Source: Cyanobacteriota bacterium (GTDB lineage Bacteria; Cyanobacteriota; Cyanobacteriia; PCC-6307; Cyanobiaceae). From it: a stretch of 64,000 nucleotides of DNA. The position numbers and the translations under genes were made by a program. The stretch is taken from positions 416,001 to 480,000 of the forward strand of contig JBJOMY010000002.1 of assembly GCA_046052125.1 (NCBI GenBank), written 5' to 3'. Below, piece by piece: positions 49,333 to 58,695 of this stretch; the first letter of the stretch is position 1; every line of letters starts with the position of its first letter. The notes below the pieces were generated by a model. It made no database searches, was not told the DNA's origin, and saw only the letters and a program-made list of their open reading frames with translations.

Positions 49333-49629
49333 GTGCCCTGGTTTGTGAAGCAGGAGACCTTCCTGCGCCCCTATGCCGCGATGAGGCCTCACCTGGAGGC
49401 CCATCTGCTCTGGGTGGAGCAGCTGCGCCAGGACGGTGTGGTGATCAGTAGCGGCTACCTGGTGGATGGCGAGGGGCAACCGGGCGGCGGAGGCCTGCTG
49501 CTGGTGGAAGCTCCCAGCTACGCCGAGGCAGAAGCCCTGGTGCAGTGCGATCCGATGGTGATCAGCGGCGGCGTGGACTGGCGGCTGCAGCAGTGGCGAC
49601 CTGCCGTTGGTGATCTGGGGGTGCGTTGA
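49333..49629 (+). CDS. YciI-family protein
   Basis: WFVKQE..HLEAH..SGYLVD..PGGGGLL..A..DP. Confidence 0.82.
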   Translation: MPWFVKQETFLRPYAAMRPHLEAHLLWVEQLRQDGVVISSGYLVDGEGQPGGGGLLLVEAPSYAEAEALVQCDPMVISGGVDWRLQQWRPAVGDLGVR

Positions 49630-49740
49630 GGCGCAGCAGCTCGGGGCCGCTCAGTTGCATCTGGTCGCAGGCTGCGCTCCATCGGGTTGCATCTCGGCGT
49701 GATGGCGCCGTTAGACCCAGATCAGTGCATTCACCCTTCG

Positions 49741-50448
49741 ATGGCCTTCTCCCGTTCTGCGGTTGTGGCTCTGAGCCTGGTGCCGCTGGGCATGAGTCCA
49801 GCTCTGGCGCTGATGGCTCCAGCTCCCCTGCAGGCTCAGCCCCTGGCCTGCAGCGGCACCCTGCTTCAATTGCAAGTGCAGCAGCAGGGCGCGGCGGCCT
49901 TCGATCGCTTCCGCTTTGAGCTGGGCCTGGAGGCTGAGGCCGCAAGTAAAACCGAGGCCATCGAGCAGCTGAACCGGCGCCTGGCCGCCGTGCGCAAGGT
50001 GGTGGCGCCGCTGGCGAGCGGTGCCCTCACGATTCCGGCTCCCTCCACGTACCGCAGTGGCGGCGGTAGCAGCGGGCCGGTGCGCGAGCGGGCCAGCACC
50101 TCGATGTCGGGCCAGGTGAGCAAGGCCAATTACGACGCCCTGATCCAGGCAGCGGGCCGTCTGCCGGGGGTGAACCTGCAGGGCTTCACGGCGCAGGCGG
50201 CCGACGCCAGTGAAACCAAGCTCCAGAGCCGGCTGTTGCGGGAGGCGTTGGCGGAGGGCAAGCGCCAGGCCGACGCCACGGCAGCGGCCCTGGGGCTGCG
50301 GCGTGTGCAGCTGCTGCGCATTGATCAGCGCAGCGGCGGGATTCGCCCCGTGCCCTACGGGATGGCAGCGGCCCGCAGCTTCAATCCCGATGAGGCTCCG
50401 GCACCACAGCGTTCGGTGAGCCTGGCGTTGGATTACTGCCTCTCCTGA
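49741..50448 (+). CDS. SIMPL/DUF541-like exported protein
   Basis: Signal-like N-terminus and ALAEGKRQADATAAALGLRRV, a typical SIMPL C-terminal helix. Confidence 0.7.
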   Translation: MAFSRSAVVALSLVPLGMSPALALMAPAPLQAQPLACSGTLLQLQVQQQGAAAFDRFRFELGLEAEAASKTEAIEQLNRRLAAVRKVVAPLASGALTIPAPSTYRSGGGSSGPVRERASTSMSGQVSKANYDALIQAAGRLPGVNLQGFTAQAADASETKLQSRLLREALAEGKRQADATAAALGLRRVQLLRIDQRSGGIRPVPYGMAAARSFNPDEAPAPQRSVSLALDYCLS

Positions 50449-51035
50449 GCCAGCAGTGCCTGCAACTGAGGCTTCAGAGCCGCAAAGGCCCGGCCGCGAT
50501 GTCCTAGTTCAGCTTTCTGGCTGTGGGGCATCTCCGCGAAGGTGAGGTTGGCCTCCGGCACGAAGAACACCGGGTCGTAACCGAAGCCGCCTTCGCCACG
50601 GGGGGCCTCAAGGATCAAGCCAGGGCAGAGGCCTTCCACCTCCAGCACGACTTCACCCTGAGGATTCGCCAGCGCCAGCGCAGCGGTGAAACAGGCGCTG
50701 CGTGTTGCATGGTCGTGAGCGTCTGCAGCGCTCAGTTCGCGCAACAGCCGCTCAATCCGGGCGCTGTCGCTGTCGGCATAGCGGGCTGAATGCACGCCGG
50801 GGGCGCCTCCGAGGGCGTCGACGCTCAGTCCCGAGTCGTCGGCCAGGGCCCAGCAGCCGGTGGCGCGGGCCACGGCTTCGGCTTTCAGGCGGGCGTTGTC
50901 GGCAAACGTGCTGCCGGTTTCTTCCACGTCCAGCCCTTCTGGTTGTGCCTGGGTCTCAAGCCCCAAGTCCGCCAGCAAAGCCCCGAACTCGCGCACCTTG
51001 CCGGCGTTGCCGCTGGCGATCACCAGGGTGGTCAT
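50433..51035 (-). CDS. rdgB: Non-canonical purine NTP pyrophosphatase (RdgB/HAM1)
   Basis: ASGNAGKVRE, ENA/DNA-RLKA, ADDSGL, PGVHSARY, GFGYDPVF and HRGRA. Confidence 0.95.
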   Translation of the reverse strand: MTTLVIASGNAGKVREFGALLADLGLETQAQPEGLDVEETGSTFADNARLKAEAVARATGCWALADDSGLSVDALGGAPGVHSARYADSDSARIERLLRELSAADAHDHATRSACFTAALALANPQGEVVLEVEGLCPGLILEAPRGEGGFGYDPVFFVPEANLTFAEMPHSQKAELGHRGRAFAALKPQLQALLAQERQ

Positions 51036-52504
51036 CAAATGCCCTCCGCCAGTTGGCGCGCCCAAGCCAACACCTCAGCCACGCGGGAGTCGCTGGGGGC
51101 CTCGCAATAGAGCCGCAGCAGCGGTTCGGTGCCGGAGAAGCGCAGCATCAGCCAGTGGCTGGGGCCGAGGCGCAGCTTCACGCCATCGGTGGTGATCACC
51201 TCCTGCACCGGTGCCCCGGCCACCTCCTGAGGCGGGGTGGCCGCCAGGAACTGCTCCAGCCGCTGGCGGGTGGCCATGTCGCGCAGGCGCAGATCGAGGC
51301 GGTCGTAGGCGGCGGCTCCGCCGCAGCGCTCCTGCAGTTCGCTCACGCGTTCGCCCAGGGGCTTGCCGCCCTCCACCAACGCCTCAATCAGCAGCAGCGC
51401 CGCATAGAGCGCATCGCGTTCAGGCAGGTGGTTGCCGAACCCCACGCCGCCTGATTCCTCGCCGCCCACCAGCACGTCGCTCGCGAGCATCTCAGCGGCG
51501 ATGTATTTGAAGCCCACGGCTTTCTCCAGCACCGGGCGGCCCAGGTTTTCGGCCACCAGTTGCATCAGATCGGAGCCGCTCACGGTTTTCACCACCGAGC
51601 CGCCCATCCCTTTGGCGCGGGCCAGGTGGTCGATGAACAGGGGCATCAACAGCTGGGTGCTGCAGAAACGGCCGTGTTCATCCACCGCGGCGATGCGGTC
51701 GCCGTCGCCGTCGAACACGATGCCCACCGCTGGCCGGCCGGCCAGGGTGGAGGCGCGCACTTCGGCGATCAGCTCCTGGAGGTAGGGCGCCAGGGGCTCA
51801 GGCGGGTTGCCGCCGAACAGGGGATCGCGATTGGAGCGGATCTCGCGCAGGTGGTCGCTGGCGGCGGCCCCCTCCAGTAGGCGGCTCAAGCCACCGGCGG
51901 CGGAGCCATGCATCGGATCCACGATCACCTGGAGACCCAGCCGCTGCAGTCCTTCGCTCAGGGCAGCGGTGTTCACCTTGGCCTTCAGGCCTGCCAGGTA
52001 GGTGCCCATGGCATCGAAGCGCAGGGTTTCGCCAGGGATCGGCACCGTGATGCCGCCGGCCTCCAGCCTGGTCTCCACCCGCTTGGTGAAGTCGCCCTCC
52101 ACCGAGCCGCCGAAGGGGCCCTTGATCTTGAGCCCCAGCCATTCCGGTGGGTTATGGCTGGCGGTGATCACCAGCGCCCCCAGGGCCTGGCGTTCCACCA
52201 CCGCCCAGCTGGCGGCGGGGGTGGGGATCGGTGCTTCGGCGAGCACCGGCACCAGATCGGCGCCGCGCACGGCGCTGCAGATCGCTTCCGCCAGTTCCGG
52301 TGCCAGGAAGCGCCGGTCGTAGCCGATCACGATCTCGCGGCTGTTCAGCCCGGGCGGCGCCGAAAACTCCAGCTCCCGTGCCGCGGCGGCGGCCACCGGC
52401 AGCAGGCGCTCCACGGTGATATCCACCCCGAGGATGCCCCGCCAGCCATCGGTGCCGAAGGCGATCGGGCTGGCCTCCAGGGGCAGGGGCGCGGACGCAG
52501 CCAT
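51035..52504 (-). CDS. Phosphoglucomutase/phosphomannomutase family
   Basis: FGTDGWRG, ITASHNP, DGDGDR, GGEESGG and RFSGTEP. Confidence 0.95.
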   Translation of the reverse strand: MAASAPLPLEASPIAFGTDGWRGILGVDITVERLLPVAAAAARELEFSAPPGLNSREIVIGYDRRFLAPELAEAICSAVRGADLVPVLAEAPIPTPAASWAVVERQALGALVITASHNPPEWLGLKIKGPFGGSVEGDFTKRVETRLEAGGITVPIPGETLRFDAMGTYLAGLKAKVNTAALSEGLQRLGLQVIVDPMHGSAAGGLSRLLEGAAASDHLREIRSNRDPLFGGNPPEPLAPYLQELIAEVRASTLAGRPAVGIVFDGDGDRIAAVDEHGRFCSTQLLMPLFIDHLARAKGMGGSVVKTVSGSDLMQLVAENLGRPVLEKAVGFKYIAAEMLASDVLVGGEESGGVGFGNHLPERDALYAALLLIEALVEGGKPLGERVSELQERCGGAAAYDRLDLRLRDMATRQRLEQFLAATPPQEVAGAPVQEVITTDGVKLRLGPSHWLMLRFSGTEPLLRLYCEAPSDSRVAEVLAWARQLAEGI

Positions 52505-52598
52505 CGGGGCAGAGGCACAGGGCGATACCGGTGGTGCTAGCAGCCGGCCTGCCCCCCTGCGTGAACGCAGGTGCCGGCAGGCCAGACGGCCACCTAGC

Positions 52599-54086
52599 GT
52601 GATCGCTGTGCCGAGCCAGATTCCGCTCAACGACCGGCTGTTGCGCAGCTGGCTGCGCTGCAAGCGCCGCGCCTGGTTGGATCGATTTGGCAACGCCGAT
52701 CAGCGCCTGTGGACGGCGCATCGCGAGTTGCAGCTTGATGAGCAGCGCCGCAGCTTCTCCACCCTGTTTCCCAAGAAACCGGAGCATGGCGAGGCGGCCG
52801 CCGCTGCCGGTGCACCTGCGGTGGTGGGTTTGCGGCTGCGGGGGCAGTTGGCCGGGTTGGCGCTCGAGGCGCACCCACCGCTGCTGCAGCGGGTCAAGGG
52901 CAGTAGTCGTTGGGGTGAGCACGCCTATCGGCCGGTGATCTTTCGCCAGGGGCGGCGCACCACCCGTGAGCACCGGGTGGTGCTCGCTCTCTGGGGCCGG
53001 TTGCTCGATGGGGAGCAGGATTTTGCGCTGGCCCAGGGGCTGGTGCTCTCCGGCGCCGGGCGCGGCCTCGAGACGGAAACCCTCAACCTCACGGGCAGCC
53101 TGCCGCGTCAGCTCGATGAGGCCTTGGAACGGTTGGCGGGGGATCTGGCCAGGTCCACGCCTCCCCCCCTGGTGGCGGATCGCAAGAAGTGCGTGCTCTG
53201 CAGCTGGCGCGCCGCTTGTGATCAGGTGGCGACGGCCGAGGGGCACCTGAGCGAAGTGAGCGGCATCGGTGCGAAACGGCGCGACATGTTGCTGGAGCTC
53301 GGCATTGATCGCCTCGAGCATCTGGCCGCCGCCGAACCTGAGCAGCTGGCTGAGGCGTTGCTCGTGCATGGTGAGCAGCACGCCGAGGTGGCGGATCAGC
53401 TGGTCACCCAGGCGCGGGTGCAGCGCGATGGGCAGCCTCTGCGCCGTGACCCGGATGCTGCACTGCCTGAGCTGAATACAGCGCCGGGCGTGCTGATCTA
53501 CGACATCGAATCCGATCCCGACGCCCGCGACGACTTCCTGCATGGCTTCGTGCGATTGCCCCGGAGTGAGGACGGCCGTTGGCCCACGCCTGCAGCGGCG
53601 GCCGAAGCCCCGTATCACCCGTTGCTAGCGCTGCAGGAGCACGGAGAAGCCCGGCTCTGGGAGCGACTGCAGCGGTTGTTGGCCGCCTATCCCGATTGGC
53701 CGGTGCTGCATTACGGCGAAACGGAGCTGCTGGCCCTGGTGCGCTTGGCCCAGCGGCAGGGGGCGAAGGAACGCCAGATCACCCATCTCCGGAGCCGCAT
53801 GATCGATGTGCACCTACGGCTGCGGCGCCATTGGTGGATGCCCACCAACAGTTATGGCCTCAAGGCCACGGCCAGCTGGTTGGGGTTCCGTTGGCGGCAG
53901 CAGGGTGTGGATGGGGCCCGTGCGCTGCTGTGGTGGCGCCGTTGGCGCTTGGGCGGTCAGGGGCCTGACGACCGAGGTTCACGCCAGAACCTGCGCCGGA
54001 TCTTTCGCTACAACCACGACGACGCCCTGGCCACCTGGGCCGTGGCCCACTGGTTGCTGGAGCAGGACTCCTCCGCTCAGCCGTGA
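52599..54086 (+). CDS. TM0106-family RecB-like/RNase H-like putative nuclease
   Basis: WLRCKRRAWLD, CVLCSWR..C, HhH SGIG, YDIESDP, HYGETE, SYGLK and YNHDD. Start uncertain. Confidence 0.88.
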   Translation: MIAVPSQIPLNDRLLRSWLRCKRRAWLDRFGNADQRLWTAHRELQLDEQRRSFSTLFPKKPEHGEAAAAAGAPAVVGLRLRGQLAGLALEAHPPLLQRVKGSSRWGEHAYRPVIFRQGRRTTREHRVVLALWGRLLDGEQDFALAQGLVLSGAGRGLETETLNLTGSLPRQLDEALERLAGDLARSTPPPLVADRKKCVLCSWRAACDQVATAEGHLSEVSGIGAKRRDMLLELGIDRLEHLAAAEPEQLAEALLVHGEQHAEVADQLVTQARVQRDGQPLRRDPDAALPELNTAPGVLIYDIESDPDARDDFLHGFVRLPRSEDGRWPTPAAAAEAPYHPLLALQEHGEARLWERLQRLLAAYPDWPVLHYGETELLALVRLAQRQGAKERQITHLRSRMIDVHLRLRRHWWMPTNSYGLKATASWLGFRWRQQGVDGARALLWWRRWRLGGQGPDDRGSRQNLRRIFRYNHDDALATWAVAHWLLEQDSSAQP

Positions 54087-54089
54087 GCC

Positions 54090-55022
54090 TCAGCCCCGGC
54101 CGCCGGCTCCCACCGGTGGGGCCACAAACCCTGCCGGGGTGTTGATCTGTAGGCGGTGAGGCTCGGTGCTGCTGTCGCCGCCGCCAGCGAAGAGTTCTGC
54201 GTGGTCGAGGGCCTGGCGGCGGACCAGGGCTAACCCCTCGATGCCATCAGGACCTGGCAGCGCGGAGGTGATCACCCCCGCCCGTTCGCCGCTTGCGGTG
54301 AAGACGCCGGTGCCTGGTGCGCAGGCATCGGTTGCTTCGGGGCCCAAGTGCTCGGTGTGCCATTGGCGCAGCTGCTGTTTCACGCCGTCGTAGGTGGCCA
54401 GCTTGGCCAGGGTTTCCTGGCCCACGTAGCAACCCTTGTTGAGGCTCACCCAGGGGGCTAAGCCGAGCTCAAAGGGATTGGTGCTGTCGTTGAGCTCCCC
54501 GGGTTCAGCCGGGAATCCCTGGCGGATCCGCTGTCGTTCGGCTGCCTCGGAATCCAGCTCCGGCAGGGCTTCCAGCCAGCTTGGCAGGGCTGCACCGCTG
54601 ATCTGGAGCCAGGCCGGTTGCTCGGCTCCGGCGCCCAGATCCACTCCGGGAGCCAACAGGTTTGGCTCGCTGTTGCTCGGTGCCTCCGGGGTTCCGATCC
54701 AGCGCACCAGTGTTGCGCTTTGCACCGGGCCCAGCTTCACCCGATCGGCAGGAAAGAGCACGCGATCCAGGGACTGATGGACGGCTTGGCCGTCGCCTTC
54801 CAGCACCAGAAGGTCAGCCCCGCTTTCATCGAGGCGCACCAGGGCCAGGGCGCGCATCCGGCCCGTGGGGCTGATCAGACAGGTGGGCAGGCAGGCGCCG
54901 CTCGAAGCGAGCTCGATTGCTTGGCTGCTCTGGCCGTGCAGGAAGCGTCGGGTGTCGCTGCCGTCCAGCCGGATCAGGCTGATCGGAGTGCTCCAGCGGG
55001 CTGGAGTGTGAGCGGCGCTCAT
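54090..55022 (-). CDS. ygfZ: YgfZ/GcvT-like folate-binding protein
   Basis: RFLHGQ and KGCYVGQE signature. Confidence 0.9.
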   Translation of the reverse strand: MSAAHTPARWSTPISLIRLDGSDTRRFLHGQSSQAIELASSGACLPTCLISPTGRMRALALVRLDESGADLLVLEGDGQAVHQSLDRVLFPADRVKLGPVQSATLVRWIGTPEAPSNSEPNLLAPGVDLGAGAEQPAWLQISGAALPSWLEALPELDSEAAERQRIRQGFPAEPGELNDSTNPFELGLAPWVSLNKGCYVGQETLAKLATYDGVKQQLRQWHTEHLGPEATDACAPGTGVFTASGERAGVITSALPGPDGIEGLALVRRQALDHAELFAGGGDSSTEPHRLQINTPAGFVAPPVGAGGRG

Positions 55023-55612
55023 GAGCGGGCGGCGGCTGCAACGGCGGCAATCTCTTCCAGCAGGAACAGGCTGTGCAGCTCAAGGCCAGCGGCGGTCATC
55101 GCGTCCAGCCCGCCTTCCTGCCGGTCCACGATCGTTACCACCCGATCCACCACATAGCCAGCTTCGCGCAGCTGCTTCACCGCCTTCAGCGAGGAGCCGC
55201 CGGTGGTCACCACGTCCTCCAGCACGGTGATGCGGCTGCCGGCCTCAGGCAGGGGCCCCTCCAGCCAGGCACCGGTGCCGTGGCCCTTGGCTTCCTTGCG
55301 CACGATCAGGGCATCGAGGGCGCGACCGCTCAGGGCTGCGGCCACGGCCACGCCGCTCACCAGCGGATCGGCGCCGAGGGTGAGGCCAGCCACCGCCACA
55401 GCCTCCGCTTCCACCAGCTCCAGCATCTGGGCGGAGAGCAGCGCCAGTCCCTGGCCGCTCAGGCTCACCGGCTTGCAGTTCACGTAGTGGTGGCTGGTGC
55501 GCCCGGAGGCCAGGGTGAAGTTGCCGTGCCGGTAGGCCCGCTCCGCCAGCAAACGCAGCAGCAATTGGCGTTGATCAGCGCTGGCCTGGGGGAGGGTGGG
55601 CAGCTGGGTCAT
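55019..55612 (-). CDS. pyrE: Orotate phosphoribosyltransferase
   Basis: [18 protein letters not shown] and [11 protein letters not shown]. Confidence 0.96.
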   Translation of the reverse strand: MTQLPTLPQASADQRQLLLRLLAERAYRHGNFTLASGRTSHHYVNCKPVSLSGQGLALLSAQMLELVEAEAVAVAGLTLGADPLVSGVAVAAALSGRALDALIVRKEAKGHGTGAWLEGPLPEAGSRITVLEDVVTTGGSSLKAVKQLREAGYVVDRVVTIVDRQEGGLDAMTAAGLELHSLFLLEEIAAVAAAARS

Positions 55613-55672
55613 GCCTCTGGCAACACGCGTTCTGGCTGTCTAGTTTGCGCCCAGCGTGATCGGTGGGATTCG

Positions 55673-56218
55673 ATGGGCAGGTATGGGCTGCGGCGATCGC
55701 CGGCCATGGCCTTGGTGCCTGCCCTGTTGGTTGCTGTGGCTTCGCTGCCCGCCACGGCTGGGCCGGTGGTCTGCACCACCACGCTCGAGGCCCCCTTGGC
55801 GGGCTCGGGTTCGGCGGGTGTGAATGCCTCCGGCCCTGTGGAGGTGACCCGTTGCGGTGAGGTGGTCACCACCCCGCAGCTCGTGGAGCGCCGCTTCTAC
55901 AGCTACACCTCCCCCTATGCCCGCGGCATCGACATCACCCACCAGATCACCGACATCCTCGGGATTGCCATGGGCGGCGGTGATGGCACCAAGGTGATGG
56001 GCTTCGGCTTCCCAGATCAAACGATCGTGTGGGACGGCTCAGCGTTGGAGAACACCTATCAGGTGTTGCTCGAGCAACAGAGCAACCCGATGCCCTGGCG
56101 CACCGCTGATGTGAACAACGGCTTCTGCCAGGGCCTGCCCCAGGGCAGCTGCAACGCCCAGAGCGCTCCCCCGAGCTGGCCTCAGCCGGGATCCCGTGTG
56201 ATCCGAGGCCTGTGGTAG
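55673..56218 (+). CDS. Exported hypothetical protein
   Basis: Signal-like N-terminus then PVVCTTTLEAP..VTRC..ILGIAMGGGDGTKVMGFGFPDQ. Start at 55673 or 55706. Confidence 0.68.
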   Translation: MGRYGLRRSPAMALVPALLVAVASLPATAGPVVCTTTLEAPLAGSGSAGVNASGPVEVTRCGEVVTTPQLVERRFYSYTSPYARGIDITHQITDILGIAMGGGDGTKVMGFGFPDQTIVWDGSALENTYQVLLEQQSNPMPWRTADVNNGFCQGLPQGSCNAQSAPPSWPQPGSRVIRGLW

Positions 56219-56262
56219 CTGGCTTGTTTGTGGTTAGATCACGCCACGGCTTGACCGCTCAC

Positions 56263-56335
56263 GGGGGTCTAGCAATCTGGTGAATGCAGCGGACTCATAA
56301 TCCGCCTTAGGCGAGTTCGATCCTCGCGACCCCCA
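56263..56335 (+). tRNA. tRNA with CAT anticodon (probably lysidine-type tRNA-Ile2; otherwise elongator Met)
   Basis: Acceptor stem GGGGGTC/GACCCCC with discriminator A. Anticodon arm GCGGA-CTCATAA-TCCGC (CAT 56296-56298). T-arm GCGAG-TTCGATC-CTCGC. CCA not encoded. Confidence 0.93.
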
Positions 56336-56345
56336 TCTGAACCCG

Positions 56346-57638
56346 ATGCGATTCCTGGCGCCGGCGGCCCTCTTGTTCCTGCTGGCCTTCTTCGCTGCCT
56401 CGGAATTCGCCCTGATCCGGCTGCGTCCCACGCGGGTGCAGCTGCTTGAAGCCGATGGCCAGCGCGGTGCCGTTGCGGTGGGGCGGCTGCAGCGGCGGTT
56501 GCGGCGTGCGCTGGTGGCGACCCAGCTGGGCATGACCCTCTCCCTGCTTGCGCTGGGCTGGACCGGGCGTGGCCTGGCGGAGCGCTGGGGGCGTGGCTCC
56601 GCCGGTGCCTGGTTGGGGCAGGCCTGGCTCGATGTGCTCGTGTTTGTGGGTCTGGTGGTGCTGGCCACGCTGCTCGGCGGCCTGGTGCCCAAGGCCTGGG
56701 TGTTGCACCGGCCGGAGGCGTCGGCGCTCCGCCTGGCCCCCGTGCTCGAGGCAGTGATGCGCACCCTTGGGCCGCTTTTGGCGCTGTTGGAGCGGCTGGG
56801 TAACGGCCTGCTGCGCCTGCTCGGGTTGCCGCGCAACTGGGATGAGCTGGTACCCGCCCTCTCGGCCGGGGAGCTGGAAACGCTGATCGAATCCAATAGC
56901 GTGATCGGCCTGATGCCCGATGAGCGCGACATGCTCGAGGGCTTGTTTTCGCTGCGGGACACCCAGGTGCGCGAGGTGATGGTGCCCCGCTCCGGGATGG
57001 TCACCCTGCCCCTGGAGGTGCGCTTCGCTGAGCTGATGGAGGCGGTGCACAGCACCCACCACGCCCGCTTCCCCGTGATCGGCAGTTCCCTCGACGATGT
57101 GCGCGGCCTGCTCGACCTGCGCCGCTTGGCTGAGCCGATCGCCAAGGGTTTGCTGCGCAGCGACTCACCCCTGGCGCCTTACGTCACCCCGGTGACCAAG
57201 GTGCAGGAAACCACTCCCCTGGCGGAGCTGCTGCCAGTGATTCGCAGCGGCGAGCCCCTGCTGGTGGTGGTGGATGAACACGGCGGCACGGAGGGATTGG
57301 TGACCATCTCCGATCTCACCAGCGAGATTGTGGGCGATGAGGAGGACCCCGAAAACCCCGAAGACGATCTCCAGCAGCTGCAGGAGCACAGCTGGCTGGT
57401 GGCCGGTGATCTGGAGATCTACGAGCTCAACCGCGAGCTCGGGCTGCAGCTGCCTGAATCGGATGAGCACCACACCCTCGCCGGTTTCCTGTTGGAGCGT
57501 CTGCAGCACATCCCTGCCCCGGGCGAGAGTTTGCGCTGGAAAGGCCATCAGTTTTTGATCATGGCCATGGATGGCCCGCGCATCGAGCGGGTGGAGATCA
57601 CTCGCCGGGCTGTGGAGCCGGAAACGGTTGAGGGCTGA
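56346..57638 (+). CDS. CNNM/DUF21-CBS-CorC (hemolysin-like) Mg2+ transport-family protein
   Basis: FFAASEFALI, ATQLGMT, VREVMVPR, HARFPV, VVDEHGGTEGLVT and TLAGFLL. Confidence 0.92.
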   Translation: MRFLAPAALLFLLAFFAASEFALIRLRPTRVQLLEADGQRGAVAVGRLQRRLRRALVATQLGMTLSLLALGWTGRGLAERWGRGSAGAWLGQAWLDVLVFVGLVVLATLLGGLVPKAWVLHRPEASALRLAPVLEAVMRTLGPLLALLERLGNGLLRLLGLPRNWDELVPALSAGELETLIESNSVIGLMPDERDMLEGLFSLRDTQVREVMVPRSGMVTLPLEVRFAELMEAVHSTHHARFPVIGSSLDDVRGLLDLRRLAEPIAKGLLRSDSPLAPYVTPVTKVQETTPLAELLPVIRSGEPLLVVVDEHGGTEGLVTISDLTSEIVGDEEDPENPEDDLQQLQEHSWLVAGDLEIYELNRELGLQLPESDEHHTLAGFLLERLQHIPAPGESLRWKGHQFLIMAMDGPRIERVEITRRAVEPETVEG

Positions 57639-57694
57639 AGTCCTTGGCGGCGGCCTCTGATCGTTGATAATTGCCGCGTCTGATCGCCAGCGCC

Positions 57695-58687
57695 ATGCAG
57701 CCGGTTCGCGTTGGAGTGATCGGAATCGGAAACATGGGCTGGCACCACGCCCGGGTGCTCAGCCTGCTGCGCGATGCCGAGCTGGTGGGGGTGGCGGATC
57801 CCGATCCGGCCCGCGGTCAGCTGGCGGTGGAGCAGTTTGGCTGCCGCTGGTTTGCCAGCTACGAGGAAATGCTCGGTGAGGTGGAGGCGGTGTGTATCGC
57901 CGTGCCCACCCTGTTGCACCACCGGGTGGGCATGGCCTGCTTCAAGGCCGGCGTGCACGTGCTGATCGAGAAGCCGATTGCCGCCACGCAGGACGAAGCC
58001 ACCGAGCTCAGCCAGGCGGCTGAGCAGGCGGGCCGACTGCTGCAGGTGGGCCATATCGAGCGCTTCAACCCCGCCTTCCGCGAGCTGCTCAAGGTGGTGG
58101 CCAACGAGGAGGTGGTGGTGCTCGAAGCCCGTCGCCACAGCCCCAATGCCGATCGCGCCAACGATGTGTCGGTGGTGCTGGATCTAATGATCCACGACAT
58201 CGACCTGGTGCTCGAAGTGGCTGGCGCCAAGGTGGTGCGCCTGGCGGCCGCCGGTGGCCGCAGCGCCGAGGGCCCGATTGATTACGTGAACGCCACCCTT
58301 GGCTTTGCCAACGGAGTGGTGGCCAGCCTCACGGCCAGCAAGATGGCCCACCGCAAGATCCGCAGCCTTTCGGCCCATTGCCGCAGCGCGCTGGTGGAAA
58401 CCGATTTCCTCAACCGCAGCCTGCAGATCCACCGCCGCACCCAGCTCTCCTTCTCGGCGGATCACGGCGAGCTCCTCTACCGCAACGACGGCTTCATCGA
58501 AGAGGTGAGCACCTCGCCGGTGGATCCGCTGGTGGCCGAGCTGGAGCACTTCCTCCAATGCGTGCGCGGTCTGGAGCAGCCAGCCGTGGATGGCCCTCAG
58601 GCCTCCCGCGCCCTGTTGCTGGCCGATCTGATCGAGCAGTGCGTGGAGCAGCCCACGCTCTGCATGACGCTCGCTGAGCCGATCTAG
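57695..58687 (+). CDS. Gfo/Idh/MocA oxidoreductase
   Basis: GVIGIGNMGWHHAR, HVLIEKP, GHIERFNPA and DLMIHDID. Confidence 0.93.
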   Translation: MQPVRVGVIGIGNMGWHHARVLSLLRDAELVGVADPDPARGQLAVEQFGCRWFASYEEMLGEVEAVCIAVPTLLHHRVGMACFKAGVHVLIEKPIAATQDEATELSQAAEQAGRLLQVGHIERFNPAFRELLKVVANEEVVVLEARRHSPNADRANDVSVVLDLMIHDIDLVLEVAGAKVVRLAAAGGRSAEGPIDYVNATLGFANGVVASLTASKMAHRKIRSLSAHCRSALVETDFLNRSLQIHRRTQLSFSADHGELLYRNDGFIEEVSTSPVDPLVAELEHFLQCVRGLEQPAVDGPQASRALLLADLIEQCVEQPTLCMTLAEPI

Positions 58688-58695
58688 GAGCCGAC

